In this document: in pieces, positions 1-10,401 of the stretch
Numbering within the stretch: the first letter of the stretch is position 1
Layout of the letters: each line of letters opens with the position of its first letter
NCBI GenBank assembly: GCA_031426395.1
Contig: JANPLG010000399.1
Span: 1 to 60,658, forward strand
Reading direction: 5' to 3'
From: Actinomycetes bacterium
Lineage (GTDB): Bacteria > Armatimonadota > SYMT01
DNA length: 60,658 bases
Program-made: the position numbers and the translations under genes
The notes under the pieces: generated by a model
Databases searched by the model: none
What the model was told of the DNA's origin: nothing
The model's input: only the letters and a program-made list of their open reading frames with translations

Positions 1-2
1 AC

Positions 3-1073
3 GATTTCCAGGTCTACGCCCCGCTGGCGGAGCAGGCGAAGGCGCGGGGCATCCACCCCCTCTTCGGCCTGGAGGTGATGGCGATGCTGGACGACCTCCG
101 CCAGACGGACGTGAAGATCAACGATCCCGGCAATCCCGGCAAGTTTTACCTCTGCGGCAAAGGCATCACCCACTACGACCCGCTCCCCGCCGATGCGGCC
201 GCGCTGATGGCGGTCATCCGTGAGAACGACGCCGCTCGGATGACGGAGATGGCCTCCCGCCTCTCGCATCTGGTTGCAGAGGCCGGATTGGATGGCGGCC
301 CGGATGCCTCGGCATTACGGTCGGCCATTGCGCAGCGCTATGGCTGCCCGCTGGAGACGGTCTACCTGCAGGAGCGGCATCTGGCCCAGGCCTACCAGGA
401 GCTGTTCTTCGAACGGCTGCCCGAGCCGGAGCGCGAACCTTTCCTGACGAGCCTCTTCGGGGTGCCCTCCAGCCGTTCTGGTGACCCGGTGACGGTCCAG
501 AATGAGATTCGCTCCCATCTCATGAAAGCCGGAAAGCCCGCCTTCGTTCAGGAGACGTATGTCGGCTTCGACCACGTCTACCGGTTGGTGCTGGCTCTCG
601 GCGGAATCCCCTGCTACCCCACGCTGGCGGACGGCACCAGCCCGATCTGCCCGTTCGAAACCCCGGTGGAACAGCTTGTAGCATCCATCCGGGAGCGCGG
701 CATCCACGCTGCGGAGCTGATCCCGATCCGCAACCGGCCGGAGGTCCTCACGGAATACGTCACCGCCATGCGCCGTGCGGGGCTGGTCGTCACGGCGGGA
801 ACCGAGCACAACACGCCCGACCTCCTGCCGCTGGAGCCGACCTGCCTGGGCGGCCTGCCGGTACCCGAGCCGCTGCGCGCCATCTTCTGGGAAGGTGCCT
901 GCGTGGTGGCCGCCCATCAGGAACGGGTGCGGACCGGAGAGAGCGGTTTCGTGGACGAGAACGGTCGCCCGAACCAGGAGTTCCCGACCGACGAGGATCG
1001 CATCGCCGCGTTCGCGCGGTGGGGAGCGGTGGTGATCGAAAGGACGGCAAAGGGAGTCCAGATGACTCCCTAA
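3..1073 (+). CDS. PHP-domain (metal-dependent phosphoesterase-like) protein, 5'-truncated by the window edge
   Basis: Frame is open from base 3 (DFQVYAPL...HPFFGLEVM); FGLE and TAGTEHN segments resemble PHP metal-binding motifs. Confidence 0.65.
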   Translation, partial: DFQVYAPLAEQAKARGIHPLFGLEVMAMLDDLRQTDVKINDPGNPGKFYLCGKGITHYDPLPADAAALMAVIRENDAARMTEMASRLSHLVAEAGLDGGPDASALRSAIAQRYGCPLETVYLQERHLAQAYQELFFERLPEPEREPFLTSLFGVPSSRSGDPVTVQNEIRSHLMKAGKPAFVQETYVGFDHVYRLVLALGGIPCYPTLADGTSPICPFETPVEQLVASIRERGIHAAELIPIRNRPEVLTEYVTAMRRAGLVVTAGTEHNTPDLLPLEPTCLGGLPVPEPLRAIFWEGACVVAAHQERVRTGESGFVDENGRPNQEFPTDEDRIAAFARWGAVVIERTAKGVQMTP

Positions 1074-2017
1074 CGGCGGTGGACGAGCACCGCAGTGGGG
1101 ACGGTCGTGCCGGGGTCGGGGCTGGCGGTGACGCGGCCCTTCTCCCGCCAGGCGGCCTGGGTGCTGGCACCGCCATCCAGGCAGAGCGCCTCGTGGCACG
1201 GCGCCTGGTACTGCCGGGCGAAGTAGTCGAGCAGGAACTCAGCGCACTCCGCGAATTCCATGCCGTCCGCCGCGCAGAGAACCAGCCGCTCCGCCGCGCC
1301 CTTCCGTCCCCCGTATCCGAGGAAGGTCCGGGGTAGCCTGCCTGGGCTAGCGAGTCGCTCGCCGCGGTAGGTGACGCTTGCCTTGCCGCCACGGATGAGC
1401 CGGGGACCGCATCCCAGCGCCTGCTCCACGCGCCACCGCTGGCCGGCACCCTTGAACTCAGGAGCCTCGTGGGCGCGGAGCCGCTGGTCATCGCCGGGAC
1501 GGTTGGTCACCCAATCGATGAGCGGGGTGCCCTCTCCGGTGAAACCGACCGCCGCCCGTGCGTACCGGGTGTCGCTACCCCGTGCCTGATGCACCGGTGC
1601 CACGGAGCGGACGCGCCCGCTCGTTTGCAGCAGCCCGAGGATCTCCTTGAAGTCACCGGCAACCGTCTCTCCGAAGAAGCCGCCGTTGATGCCCGCCACC
1701 GCCCCGGTCTGTTCCAGCCATTCCGGCACGGAGTAGGCGCGGCCGGTGATGCGCCCATCACGGCGCGCGACCTCCGCCACTGCTACCTCCACCCGAAGGG
1801 AAGGATCGTTGAGGTCGATATCGAGCACACGGACGTTGCCCCCGCCGGCACGCTCCAGCCGGACCACCATGCCGGTGGCCGGGGTGACGGGCGCCGATGA
1901 AGCCGCTGGTGGGGAAACGCATCCTCCGGCGCAGACGACCACCACCACCCCGGCAGCTACCTGAAAGCCCGCGAATAGAAGCCGCAGCCTACGTCCCGTT
2001 ACCACATCCGTTGCCAA
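1070..2017 (-). CDS. Phosphodiester glycosidase family (NAGPA/DUF2233-like) exported protein or lipoprotein
   Basis: Family motifs AGINGGFF and ALCLDGGASTQ; hydrophobic N-terminus ending AGGC; TTG start. Confidence 0.8.
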   Translation of the reverse strand: MATDVVTGRRLRLLFAGFQVAAGVVVVVCAGGCVSPPAASSAPVTPATGMVVRLERAGGGNVRVLDIDLNDPSLRVEVAVAEVARRDGRITGRAYSVPEWLEQTGAVAGINGGFFGETVAGDFKEILGLLQTSGRVRSVAPVHQARGSDTRYARAAVGFTGEGTPLIDWVTNRPGDDQRLRAHEAPEFKGAGQRWRVEQALGCGPRLIRGGKASVTYRGERLASPGRLPRTFLGYGGRKGAAERLVLCAADGMEFAECAEFLLDYFARQYQAPCHEALCLDGGASTQAAWREKGRVTASPDPGTTVPTAVLVHRR

Positions 2018-2321
2018 TCGCCTACTCCCGTTTCCTCGACCCGCCCCTCAGCTTCGACGCCGGTGATTCCATAGTCAGCGCGATGCCACCGCAGGTTCAT
2101 TCGGATGCGCGACCCCTCCCCCATCGAAGGCTCATTCGTCCGCGCTGCACCTCCTTGGCTCACCTCGGAAGCCGCCGCTCGGGATAGGATAGAGACGCGG
2201 CTCGTCTTCCGCTAGAGGGAGTTGAGATCATCGCCGCCGCTCTTCACGCCGGACCCTTGAGGGACCCACGGCGAGGAGTTGCAAGCGGTGCATCGATGAC
2301 TTGCCGCAGAGGATTTGCTAG

Positions 2322-3413
<1,092 letters not shown>

Positions 3414-3439
3414 CGACTCTGACCGCAAATGCAGCTCAA

Positions 3440-3472
3440 CGGGTGGGGTGGCACAGGTTGCTATCCCGCCCG
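3440..3472 (+). other. RNA hairpin downstream of serC (3'-end or terminator-like; no U tract)
   Basis: 14-bp stem CGGGTGGGGTGGCA / TGCTATCCCGCCCG with a 5-nt loop; all three non-Watson-Crick pairs are G-U on the + strand. Confidence 0.5.
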
Positions 3473-3591
3473 CTGATGCCGCACCGGCAAGAAAGCCCGC
3501 CCAACGTCGCGTCCGGCAGATCGACCCCCAGACGATCAGGTGGTGCGTGTAAGTTCCAGACGCGTCTGGTAAGAAGCGTCAGAGAACTGAG

Positions 3592-3909
3592 ATGGACACC
3601 TCGATCATCGACCTTGGGGACGGGCGGATGGACGGGCGCAACGAACTGGAAGTGCTGGAGTACCGGCTGCTCTGCCGGGCAGTCCTGGAGGCGTGCCACC
3701 TACGCGGGCACGGCGATCCGTTCGCCGGTTTCCGGTGCCTGACGGCGGGGTTTGAGCGCGCGCGGGAGTACGAGGAAGAGGGCAAGCCCTGGGCGCAGGA
3801 GGTGGAGGACGAGTACCTTGGTGCGCTGGCGTGCTATGCGGAGCTTCCGAACAGCACCAAGCTCCAATCCAGGGGAACGGCAACTACGCGGATTCGGAGA
3901 GTCCGTTAG
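3592..3909 (+). CDS. Hypothetical small helical protein
   Basis: 105-aa ORF filling the gap between serC and the convergent Uma2 gene; protein-like composition; no recognised motif. Confidence 0.5.
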   Translation: MDTSIIDLGDGRMDGRNELEVLEYRLLCRAVLEACHLRGHGDPFAGFRCLTAGFERAREYEEEGKPWAQEVEDEYLGALACYAELPNSTKLQSRGTATTRIRRVR

Positions 3910-4469
3910 CCGTTCGACGCGAAGAGTTGACTGAGTGGCAGGGAGAAGCCTGGCAGCAACTCCTCCGCCGTCAGGACGTCGCTCTCGGTGAAGAGGCGGA
4001 TCGAGGCAATCTTGCAAACCTCGACCGTCTTGCGCCGATAGTCCACGACCCACACCACCTGTGTACCCCCGTTGAGCCAGTCGCCTACCTTCGCCATCAC
4101 TTCGCCGTACCGGTCGTTCGGTGAAACCAGTTCAACTACCAGATCTGGGGCGAAGGGTACGAAGCCAGTGTCAGGCACTCGCTGCGCCTTCTCGCGAACG
4201 AGGTAGGCCACGTCCGCACCTCTTACGGTGTCGGGATTCCGTGAGAGGATGAAGCCTGCCTCGCCACCGTAGAGCGAGCCGCAAGGATGGTGCTGCAGGT
4301 AGGAGCGCAGGGCGAAAGCGATCTCGATCTCAAAGAATCCATGTTTCCCAGATGCGGGTGACACGCGCTGAAGTTCGCCGCGCACCAACTCGTGGTCCTT
4401 CCAAGCGCGCGAGCTTTCGTACTCATCCAGCGTGAGCGTCAGTCCAGGTTCTGGCGGGGCAATCGACAT
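3906..4469 (-). CDS. Uma2 family (DUF820) PD-(D/E)XK endonuclease-like protein
   Basis: ELVRG, PASGKHG, DTVRGADVAY, APDLVVELVSPND, GTQVVWVVD pattern. Confidence 0.85.
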   Translation of the reverse strand: MSIAPPEPGLTLTLDEYESSRAWKDHELVRGELQRVSPASGKHGFFEIEIAFALRSYLQHHPCGSLYGGEAGFILSRNPDTVRGADVAYLVREKAQRVPDTGFVPFAPDLVVELVSPNDRYGEVMAKVGDWLNGGTQVVWVVDYRRKTVEVCKIASIRLFTESDVLTAEELLPGFSLPLSQLFASNG

Positions 4470-4523
4470 CGCATCGCTCCGTGACGGGCGTCCTGTTCAC
4501 ACTACCCCACCTGATTGCGAATG

Positions 4524-5285
4524 TCAGCCTTTGCTGGAGCGCGGGCGCTTCCGCTTCTTGGGTGGGGTCAGCCCCAGCAGCTTCCGGTCAGCCTCGGTCA
4601 TCTCGTGCTGCCGGAACAGATCGGGCCGGTGGCGGAGGGTGCGGTCCAGGGATTGTTCGCGGCGCCATCGCTCGATGGCGCCATGATCGCCGGAAAGGAG
4701 GATGTCCGGCACGCTCCAGCCGCGGAAGTCAGGCGGGCGGGTGTAGTGCGGATACTCCAGCAGATGTTCCGCGAAGGTCTCGCTCTCCGACGACTCATCC
4801 TTGCCGAGGACGCCGGGAATAAGCCGGGCCACCGCGTCGATCAGCACCAGGGCGGCCAACTCCCCGCCGGTCAGGACGAAGTCGCCGATCGATAGCTCGT
4901 CCGTGGCGAGGTGGCGATGGACGCGCTCGTCGATCCCCTCATACCGGCCGCAGAGAAGGACGAGCCGCTCCTCGCGCGCCAGTTCCTCCGCCACGGGCTG
5001 CGTGAACGGCCTACCCAGCGGGGTGAAGAGGATCACGCGACTGGGCGGCGGCGGCTCCGCGGAGAGCGCCTCGACCGCGCGGAAGAAGGGGTCCGGCTTC
5101 ATCACCATGCCGACCCCGCCCCCATAAGGCGAGTCATCCACCTGCCGGTGGCGGTCGGTGGTGTAGTCCCGGAGGTCGACACCGCGCACGTCAAGCGCGC
5201 CGGAGTCGCGGGCGCGCTTGAGGATGCTCTGCTCCAGCGGAGAGCGCAGCATGTCGGGGAAGATGGTGACGACGTCGATGCGCAC
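4524..5285 (-). CDS. trmD: tRNA (guanine37-N1)-methyltransferase
   Basis: GTG start at VRIDVVTIFP; DDSPYGGGVGMVMK, CGRYEGIDER, SIGDFVLTGGE, LEYPHYTRP. Confidence 0.97.
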   Translation of the reverse strand: MRIDVVTIFPDMLRSPLEQSILKRARDSGALDVRGVDLRDYTTDRHRQVDDSPYGGGVGMVMKPDPFFRAVEALSAEPPPPSRVILFTPLGRPFTQPVAEELAREERLVLLCGRYEGIDERVHRHLATDELSIGDFVLTGGELAALVLIDAVARLIPGVLGKDESSESETFAEHLLEYPHYTRPPDFRGWSVPDILLSGDHGAIERWRREQSLDRTLRHRPDLFRQHEMTEADRKLLGLTPPKKRKRPRSSKG

Positions 5286-5294
5286 GGGGGGTGG

Positions 5295-5466
5295 GGTTTC
5301 TGGTTGCTTGTTTCTGGTTATGCGAGTCCGGAAGCGCTTGCCTTGGGGCAAAGAATCTCACACAGCCCTCACCCGGCATAGCCAATGAAAGCGCCTTCAC
5401 TCCTGCCTTTTGCCGCCGTCATCGCTTCACGGGTAACGAGAAACTAGAAACCAGGAACCCAAAACC
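5295..5466. repeat. Two inverted arrays of degenerate heptamers in the rimM-trmD spacer
   Basis: GGTTTCT GGTTGCT TGTTTCT GGTTATG (5295-5322) versus AGAAACT AGAAACC AGGAACC CAAAACC (5439-5466). Confidence 0.7.
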
Positions 5467-5471
5467 GAAGA

Positions 5472-6002
5472 TCAGCGCACCTCTTCGCCTTCCAGGTACT
5501 CGCGGCTGCGGACGAGGAGGATGCCCTTCTCGGGGGAGATCTCGAGCACGGCATCTTTGGTGGCCGGGATCAGGAACTCGCCGGCGACGTAGACATCGTT
5601 GCTGGCGGTGCGCATGATCTCCCGCACCACGCCAAGCTCCTCGCCGGAGGGGGTGATCACGCGCAGACCGAGGATCTGGTACTCGTAGTAGCGGCCTTCG
5701 GGGAGCGGGGTGGCCTCATCGGCAGGGATGACAACTTCCGCCCCCCGCAGCGTGTCCGCCGCGTTCATGGAGTCGATGCCCTCAAGGCGGACGAGGAACA
5801 TGTCCTTGTGCCGACGAGCACCCTCCACGCGACGTTCTTCCACGTCCCCATCCGGGAAGCGGAGGCGGAACACCTTGAGCTTCCCAACGCGCTCCGGGAA
5901 CTCCGTGAGCAGCCGCAGCTTCGCCTCACCACGGGTGCCGTGGGGGCCTACAAAGACCCCCACGGCGAGATCGGCCGGGCGACTTGCTTGCGGTTCAGAC
6001 AT
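5472..6002 (-). CDS. rimM: Ribosome maturation factor RimM
   Basis: VGPHGTRGEAK, EGRYYEYQILGL, LGVVREI, SNDVYV, FLIP; gene context. Confidence 0.95.
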   Translation of the reverse strand: MSEPQASRPADLAVGVFVGPHGTRGEAKLRLLTEFPERVGKLKVFRLRFPDGDVEERRVEGARRHKDMFLVRLEGIDSMNAADTLRGAEVVIPADEATPLPEGRYYEYQILGLRVITPSGEELGVVREIMRTASNDVYVAGEFLIPATKDAVLEISPEKGILLVRSREYLEGEEVR

Positions 6003-6031
6003 GACGCATGGCTCGGTTTGGGCCTGAGAAA

Positions 6032-6481
6032 CTACGACCCGGAGGAAAGGATCAGGCGCGGAGTGTCCTTGCGCGGGGCGGGGTCACGGATCTCTTTGAT
6101 CAGGTCGTCCTCCACCAGGATCTCGGCAAGGCCCATCTTCTCGAGGAGGTTGTCGCCAACCTTGACCTCGATATGGCCTTCCAGCGCGCCACGGGTGATC
6201 TCCTCGCCCAGGGTCAGGTTCTGGTACTCGTTGAGCTGCTCCTGAAGTTCCGCTTTCGCATCTTCCTGGCGGCGCTTTTCGACGTCCAACTGCTGGCGGA
6301 ACGCCATGGCGCGGTTGAGGTCGGTGCGCTGCAACTCCAGCATCATGCGGCGGCTCTGGCGCTCCAGCTCATCCTGAGCCTCTTCCACACGCTTGATGGC
6401 ATCTTGAACGTCCTCGACCAGCTGCTGCTTGAGCTTGTCGGTGACCACCGCCTTGAGGAGTACCTGTCGCTTAAGGTTCAT
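6032..6481 (-). CDS. ylqD: YlqD family coiled-coil protein
   Basis: MNLKRQVLLKAVVT start, coiled coil, GEEITRGALEGHIEVKVGDNL...EILVED; position between khpA and rimM. Confidence 0.85.
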   Translation of the reverse strand: MNLKRQVLLKAVVTDKLKQQLVEDVQDAIKRVEEAQDELERQSRRMMLELQRTDLNRAMAFRQQLDVEKRRQEDAKAELQEQLNEYQNLTLGEEITRGALEGHIEVKVGDNLLEKMGLAEILVEDDLIKEIRDPAPRKDTPRLILSSGS

Positions 6482-6693
6482 CGCATTCTCCCGTGGGCCG
6501 CGCGGCGACAAAAGTCACGCACCTGCCGCCCACCTAAAACTAAGTCCAAACGGACGCCCGCAGATGCTGCTTGCGGGCAGACAAGACAAGAGGCGTCCGG
6601 CATGAAGCGCGGACCCTCTTTCCGCTATCAATCAGCGGGCTTCTGGCCGGCCGCAACAGAGCGGCACCGGCTGCAGCGACATCGCGCACCGCG

Positions 6694-6927
6694 TCAGGGG
6701 TTGATGTCCACGATGGCACGAAGGTTGTGGCGCGCCCCGGCAGCGTTGGCGACCGTGCGGATCGCAGCGGCAATGCGCCCATTGCGACCGATCACCTTGC
6801 CTGCGTCACGCGGGCTCACATAGACCTTGATGTTCACCGTGCCGGCACGCCCCGGCTGCTCCACCACTTCGACGGAATCCGGCTCATCCACCAGGGCCCG
6901 GACCAGTACATCCACCACGTCACGCAT
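6694..6927 (-). CDS. khpA: KH-domain RNA-binding protein (KhpA/YlqC)
   Basis: LVRALVDEPDSV, DAGKVIGRNGRIAAAIRTV; follows rpsP. Confidence 0.92.
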   Translation of the reverse strand: MRDVVDVLVRALVDEPDSVEVVEQPGRAGTVNIKVYVSPRDAGKVIGRNGRIAAAIRTVANAAGARHNLRAIVDINP

Positions 6928-7078
6928 CGCGCACTCCCGCATCCAGTCAATCGCGGGGCGTGAAATGCGCCCCGGCAAGCCGGTTCATCTTGGCCTAATC
7001 GCCCCCTGTGTGCCGGCTCGGCACCAGCGATCAAAGGCAGGCATACCCAACCCAGGAACAGGTTGGGTGAACTGCAGA

Positions 7079-7384
7079 TTAGGCGCTGGCCTTGGCAGCC
7101 TTCGCGGCGGCGCGCACTTCGGCCTTGCCCTCGGTGAACTTGTCCAGAATACCCTGGCCCTTGAGCAGGTAGGCGGCAGTATCGCTAGGCTGGGCACCGC
7201 GGTTGAGCCAGAGGAGGGCCTTGGTCTCGTCGATCTTGACGGTGGCCGGGTCGGTGAGCGGATCGTAGTAGCCGATCTGGTCGATGGTGCCGCCATCGCG
7301 CTTGGAGGCCGACTTGGCCACGACGATGCGGTAGAACGGGCGCTTCTTGGCACCCATGCGGGTGAGGCGGATACGGACGGGCAA
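7079..7384 (-). CDS. rpsP: 30S ribosomal protein S16
   Basis: [38 protein letters not shown]; TTG start. Confidence 0.97.
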   Translation of the reverse strand: MPVRIRLTRMGAKKRPFYRIVVAKSASKRDGGTIDQIGYYDPLTDPATVKIDETKALLWLNRGAQPSDTAAYLLKGQGILDKFTEGKAEVRAAAKAAKASA

Positions 7385-7436
7385 GGGATCTCTCCTGAAA
7401 GGGACCGGTTAGGATCTTGAAAAGTACTGGCGCCGA

Positions 7437-8792
7437 TTAGCGCCGAAAGGGCATACGACCCATCATGCGGCCCATGCCGGGGAGCTTCTTCTTCCCGGTC
7501 TGGAGCTTGTGGATCTGGGAAAACATCGAGCGCATCTGCTCGAACTCTTTAAGGACCTGGTTGACTTCCTGAACGCTGGTGCCGCTGCCCTTGGCAATGC
7601 GGCGGCGGCGCGCGCCGTTGATGAGCTCCGGCTCGCGGCGCTCCTGTCGGGTCATGGACTGGATGATGGCCTGGGTGTGGACCATCTTCTTCTCGTCCAT
7701 CTCCGGCTTCGGCATGTTGGCCTGGTTGAAGCCGGGGAGGGCACCGAGGATCTGATCCAACGGACCCATCTTGCGCACCTGCACCAGTTGGGAAAGGAAG
7801 TCTTCCAGGTCAAACTTGTTCGCCTTGAGCCGCTTCTCCAGCTCAAGCGCCGCTTTCTCATCCACCGCGAACTGCGCCTTCTCGATAATCGAGAGGACAT
7901 CGCCCATGCCGAGGATGCGGGAGGCCATCCGGGTGGGGTGGAACGGCTCAATGGCGTCCAGTTTCTCCCCGATGCCGGCGAACTTGATTGGCTTGCCGGT
8001 GACGGCGCGAATGGAGATGGCTGCGCCACCGCGAGCATCGCCGTCCAGCTTGGAGAGCACGAAGCCGGTCACGTTCAGGCGCTCGGTGAATTGGGTCGCC
8101 ACCGTGACGGCGTCCTGGCCGGTCATGGCGTCCAGCACTAGCAGGATCTCGGCGGGCTGCAGCGTCGCCTGGAGTTGGGCGACTTCGGTCATCATCTCTT
8201 CGTCGACATGAAGGCGGCCCGCAGTATCGATGATGACCACGTCGCACTGCTGCGCCTGAGCTGCCCGGAGGCCGTCCTGCGCGATGCGGACTACGTCCTT
8301 CTGCTCATGGTCCGCGTGAACCGGGACCTTGACTGACTCTCCCACCACCTGAAGCTGCTTGATGGCTGCCGGACGATAGACGTCGCACGCCACAAGGAAC
8401 GGGCGGCGGCCCTGCCGGCGCACCAGCGTGGCCAGCTTGGCGCAGGTGGTCGTCTTACCGGACCCCTGCAAGCCGACCATCATGATGACGGTCGGCGGGC
8501 GGGAGGAGTACTGGATGCGGCTCTCATCCTCACCGAGGACGGCACACAGCTCCTCATTGACGATGGAGATGACCTGCTGGCCGGGCGTAAGGCTTTCCAG
8601 CACCTCGGATCCGACGGACCGCTCCTTGATCCGCGCCACGAGGTCCTTGACCACCTTGAAGTTCACGTCCGCTTCAAGCAGCGCCAAGCGCACCTCGCGC
8701 AAGGCATCGTTCACGTCCTGCTCGCGCAGCGTGCCCTTGCCCCGCAGGCGGCCGAAGATGCCTGTCAGCTTTTGAGAGAGGTTCTGGAACAT
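7437..8792 (-). CDS. ffh: Signal recognition particle protein
   Basis: MFQNLSQKL start; GLQGSGKTTT, DTAGR, KLDGDARGG; Met-rich M domain with SRRRRIAKGSG-like motif. Confidence 0.98.
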   Translation of the reverse strand: MFQNLSQKLTGIFGRLRGKGTLREQDVNDALREVRLALLEADVNFKVVKDLVARIKERSVGSEVLESLTPGQQVISIVNEELCAVLGEDESRIQYSSRPPTVIMMVGLQGSGKTTTCAKLATLVRRQGRRPFLVACDVYRPAAIKQLQVVGESVKVPVHADHEQKDVVRIAQDGLRAAQAQQCDVVIIDTAGRLHVDEEMMTEVAQLQATLQPAEILLVLDAMTGQDAVTVATQFTERLNVTGFVLSKLDGDARGGAAISIRAVTGKPIKFAGIGEKLDAIEPFHPTRMASRILGMGDVLSIIEKAQFAVDEKAALELEKRLKANKFDLEDFLSQLVQVRKMGPLDQILGALPGFNQANMPKPEMDEKKMVHTQAIIQSMTRQERREPELINGARRRRIAKGSGTSVQEVNQVLKEFEQMRSMFSQIHKLQTGKKKLPGMGRMMGRMPFRR

Positions 8793-8837
8793 CAAGGATG
8801 GTGTGTCCGCCAGTCCGAGGGACAGCCGGGACGCACC

Positions 8838-8866
8838 AGTATACTGCGGCCCCTGAGGACCGTCAA
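8838..8866 (-). promoter_or_regulatory. Sigma70-type promoter for ffh
   Basis: TTGACG (8866-8861), 17-nt spacer, TATACT (8843-8838), about 45 nt upstream of the ffh ATG. Confidence 0.7.
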
Positions 8867-8877
8867 ACAACGGGAGA

Positions 8878-9138
8878 GGGTTCAGGGTTCAGGGTTCGGG
8901 GTTCGGGGTTCGGGGTTCAGTCTGAGGCGGGAGACTGCCGCCTACCGCCTTCATCGAGCCTAGCGTCCGAGCGGGCGGCTCTGTCAGGCGACTCGCGCGG
9001 TTCACCCATACATCGTTTGAAACCTCCGAACCTTGATCCTCTGGTCACGAGATCGCAGCCAATGCAACAGACTGAACCCCGAACCTCTGGCCCAGCGGCC
9101 GCAGCCGATGCACAGACTGAACCCCGAATCCTGAACCC
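8878..9138. repeat. GGGTTC(A/G) x6 heptamer array with two inverted partner arms
   Basis: Six units at 8878-8919; reverse-complement arms at 9068-9085 and 9113-9138 sharing the 17-bp direct repeat ACAGACTGAACCCCGAA. Confidence 0.85.
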
Positions 9139-9238
9139 TCACTTGAACCTTCCGAGCTCTTTCCTCCATCAGATTAAGAGGCTACAATGGGAAGGTGCCC
9201 CTCACTCTTGGCGGGGGAGGCAGCAGGCTTGGCCATTC

Positions 9239-10360
9239 ATGTCCTCCACCCGAGAGCGTGTCCCTGAAGTCGACGTACTGCGTGCCTGGTGCTGCATGGC
9301 AGTGCTGGTCATGCATGTGCTGGCGGTGGTGACGCCGCCGGACGCAGGAGCGCAGCGTTTCACGGCGGCAGGTTGGCTCTACCAACTCCTGCTGTGGGCC
9401 ACACCTACTTTCGCTGTGCTCTCGGGCTTCGTGCTCGCTCACGGTCGATCGGACGCACTGCCCGCACGGGAATTCTACCGACGGCGCATGGGGGGCATCC
9501 TACTGCCGTTCGTGGCATGGTGCATCGTCTACCTCGCGATCTTTGGAGAGGCGACCACCCCGGATCAGGTCGCCCTTCGGTTGCCCCTCGGACTGGCGGG
9601 GCAGCGGCACCTCTACTTCCTTGGGATGGTCGCCCAGTTCTACGTAGTGTTCCCCTGGATCCAGCCGTTGATCAGGCGCGCGCCGCGGAACATGTTCGCG
9701 GCCTCGCTGCTCATCAGCCTGGCGTGGCAAGCGGGTTTCAGCTACACCCGGCCGCCACATGGGTGGGAGACGTTCTGGAGCACCGCCCACGGCCTGCTGC
9801 CGGCGTGGATTGTTTACCTGGTGGCAGGCGGGCTGATCGCGCAGCAATACCGAGGGCTGTTGAACTGGCTCCATGGCCGCGCCTCCTGGGCACCGAAGGC
9901 TGCCGTTGCCGGGGCGTCCCTTGTGCTGGCGGACTTCGCCCTCGCGACCACGGGCGGGCCGGAGTTCAGCAGCCACCGGCCGCTGGTGATCGTCGTCACG
10001 CTGGCGGTGCTTCCCGCCCTCTGGCTTCTGGGGCGCTGGGCGGCAGGCAGCGCTTGGCTTCCCTCGCTGCGGACGATCGCGGGAGTCTCTTTCGGCGTCT
10101 ACCTGGTGCATCCGCTGGCGCTCTGGATCACCTCGCTCTTCGTGCCCGCTTCCCTGGTCATGTTCGCACGGGTGCCGCTTCTGGTTGCCGGATGCGCGGC
10201 GGTGACGGCTGGGATCCTGCTGCTGGCTCGTCTCCATCCGTTCAGCGCCCGGCTCATTGGAGCCCCCGTGCTCCCCGTGGCGGAGGTCGTCCGCGTGCGG
10301 TGGACCTTGGGACGCCGCGCACCGAACCGTGCCGACCTGGAACCCCACTATCAGTCTTGA
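9239..10360 (+). CDS. Acyltransferase 3 family integral membrane protein
   Basis: RVPEVDVLRAWCCMAVLVMH, WATPTFAVLSGF, RRMGGILLPF, HLYFL, SFGVYLVHP; about 10 TM segments. The upstream ORF extension is repeat DNA. Confidence 0.88.
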   Translation: MSSTRERVPEVDVLRAWCCMAVLVMHVLAVVTPPDAGAQRFTAAGWLYQLLLWATPTFAVLSGFVLAHGRSDALPAREFYRRRMGGILLPFVAWCIVYLAIFGEATTPDQVALRLPLGLAGQRHLYFLGMVAQFYVVFPWIQPLIRRAPRNMFAASLLISLAWQAGFSYTRPPHGWETFWSTAHGLLPAWIVYLVAGGLIAQQYRGLLNWLHGRASWAPKAAVAGASLVLADFALATTGGPEFSSHRPLVIVVTLAVLPALWLLGRWAAGSAWLPSLRTIAGVSFGVYLVHPLALWITSLFVPASLVMFARVPLLVAGCAAVTAGILLLARLHPFSARLIGAPVLPVAEVVRVRWTLGRRAPNRADLEPHYQS

Positions 10361-10401
10361 TTGCCAAGGTTAACCCTTTGATGGAGTGCGGGAGCGGATA
10401 G

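Noticed and set aside
8798-9238. N-terminal extension of the acyltransferase in the ORF track
   Set aside because: It consists of heptamer repeats and the ffh promoter; family similarity starts at Met 9239.
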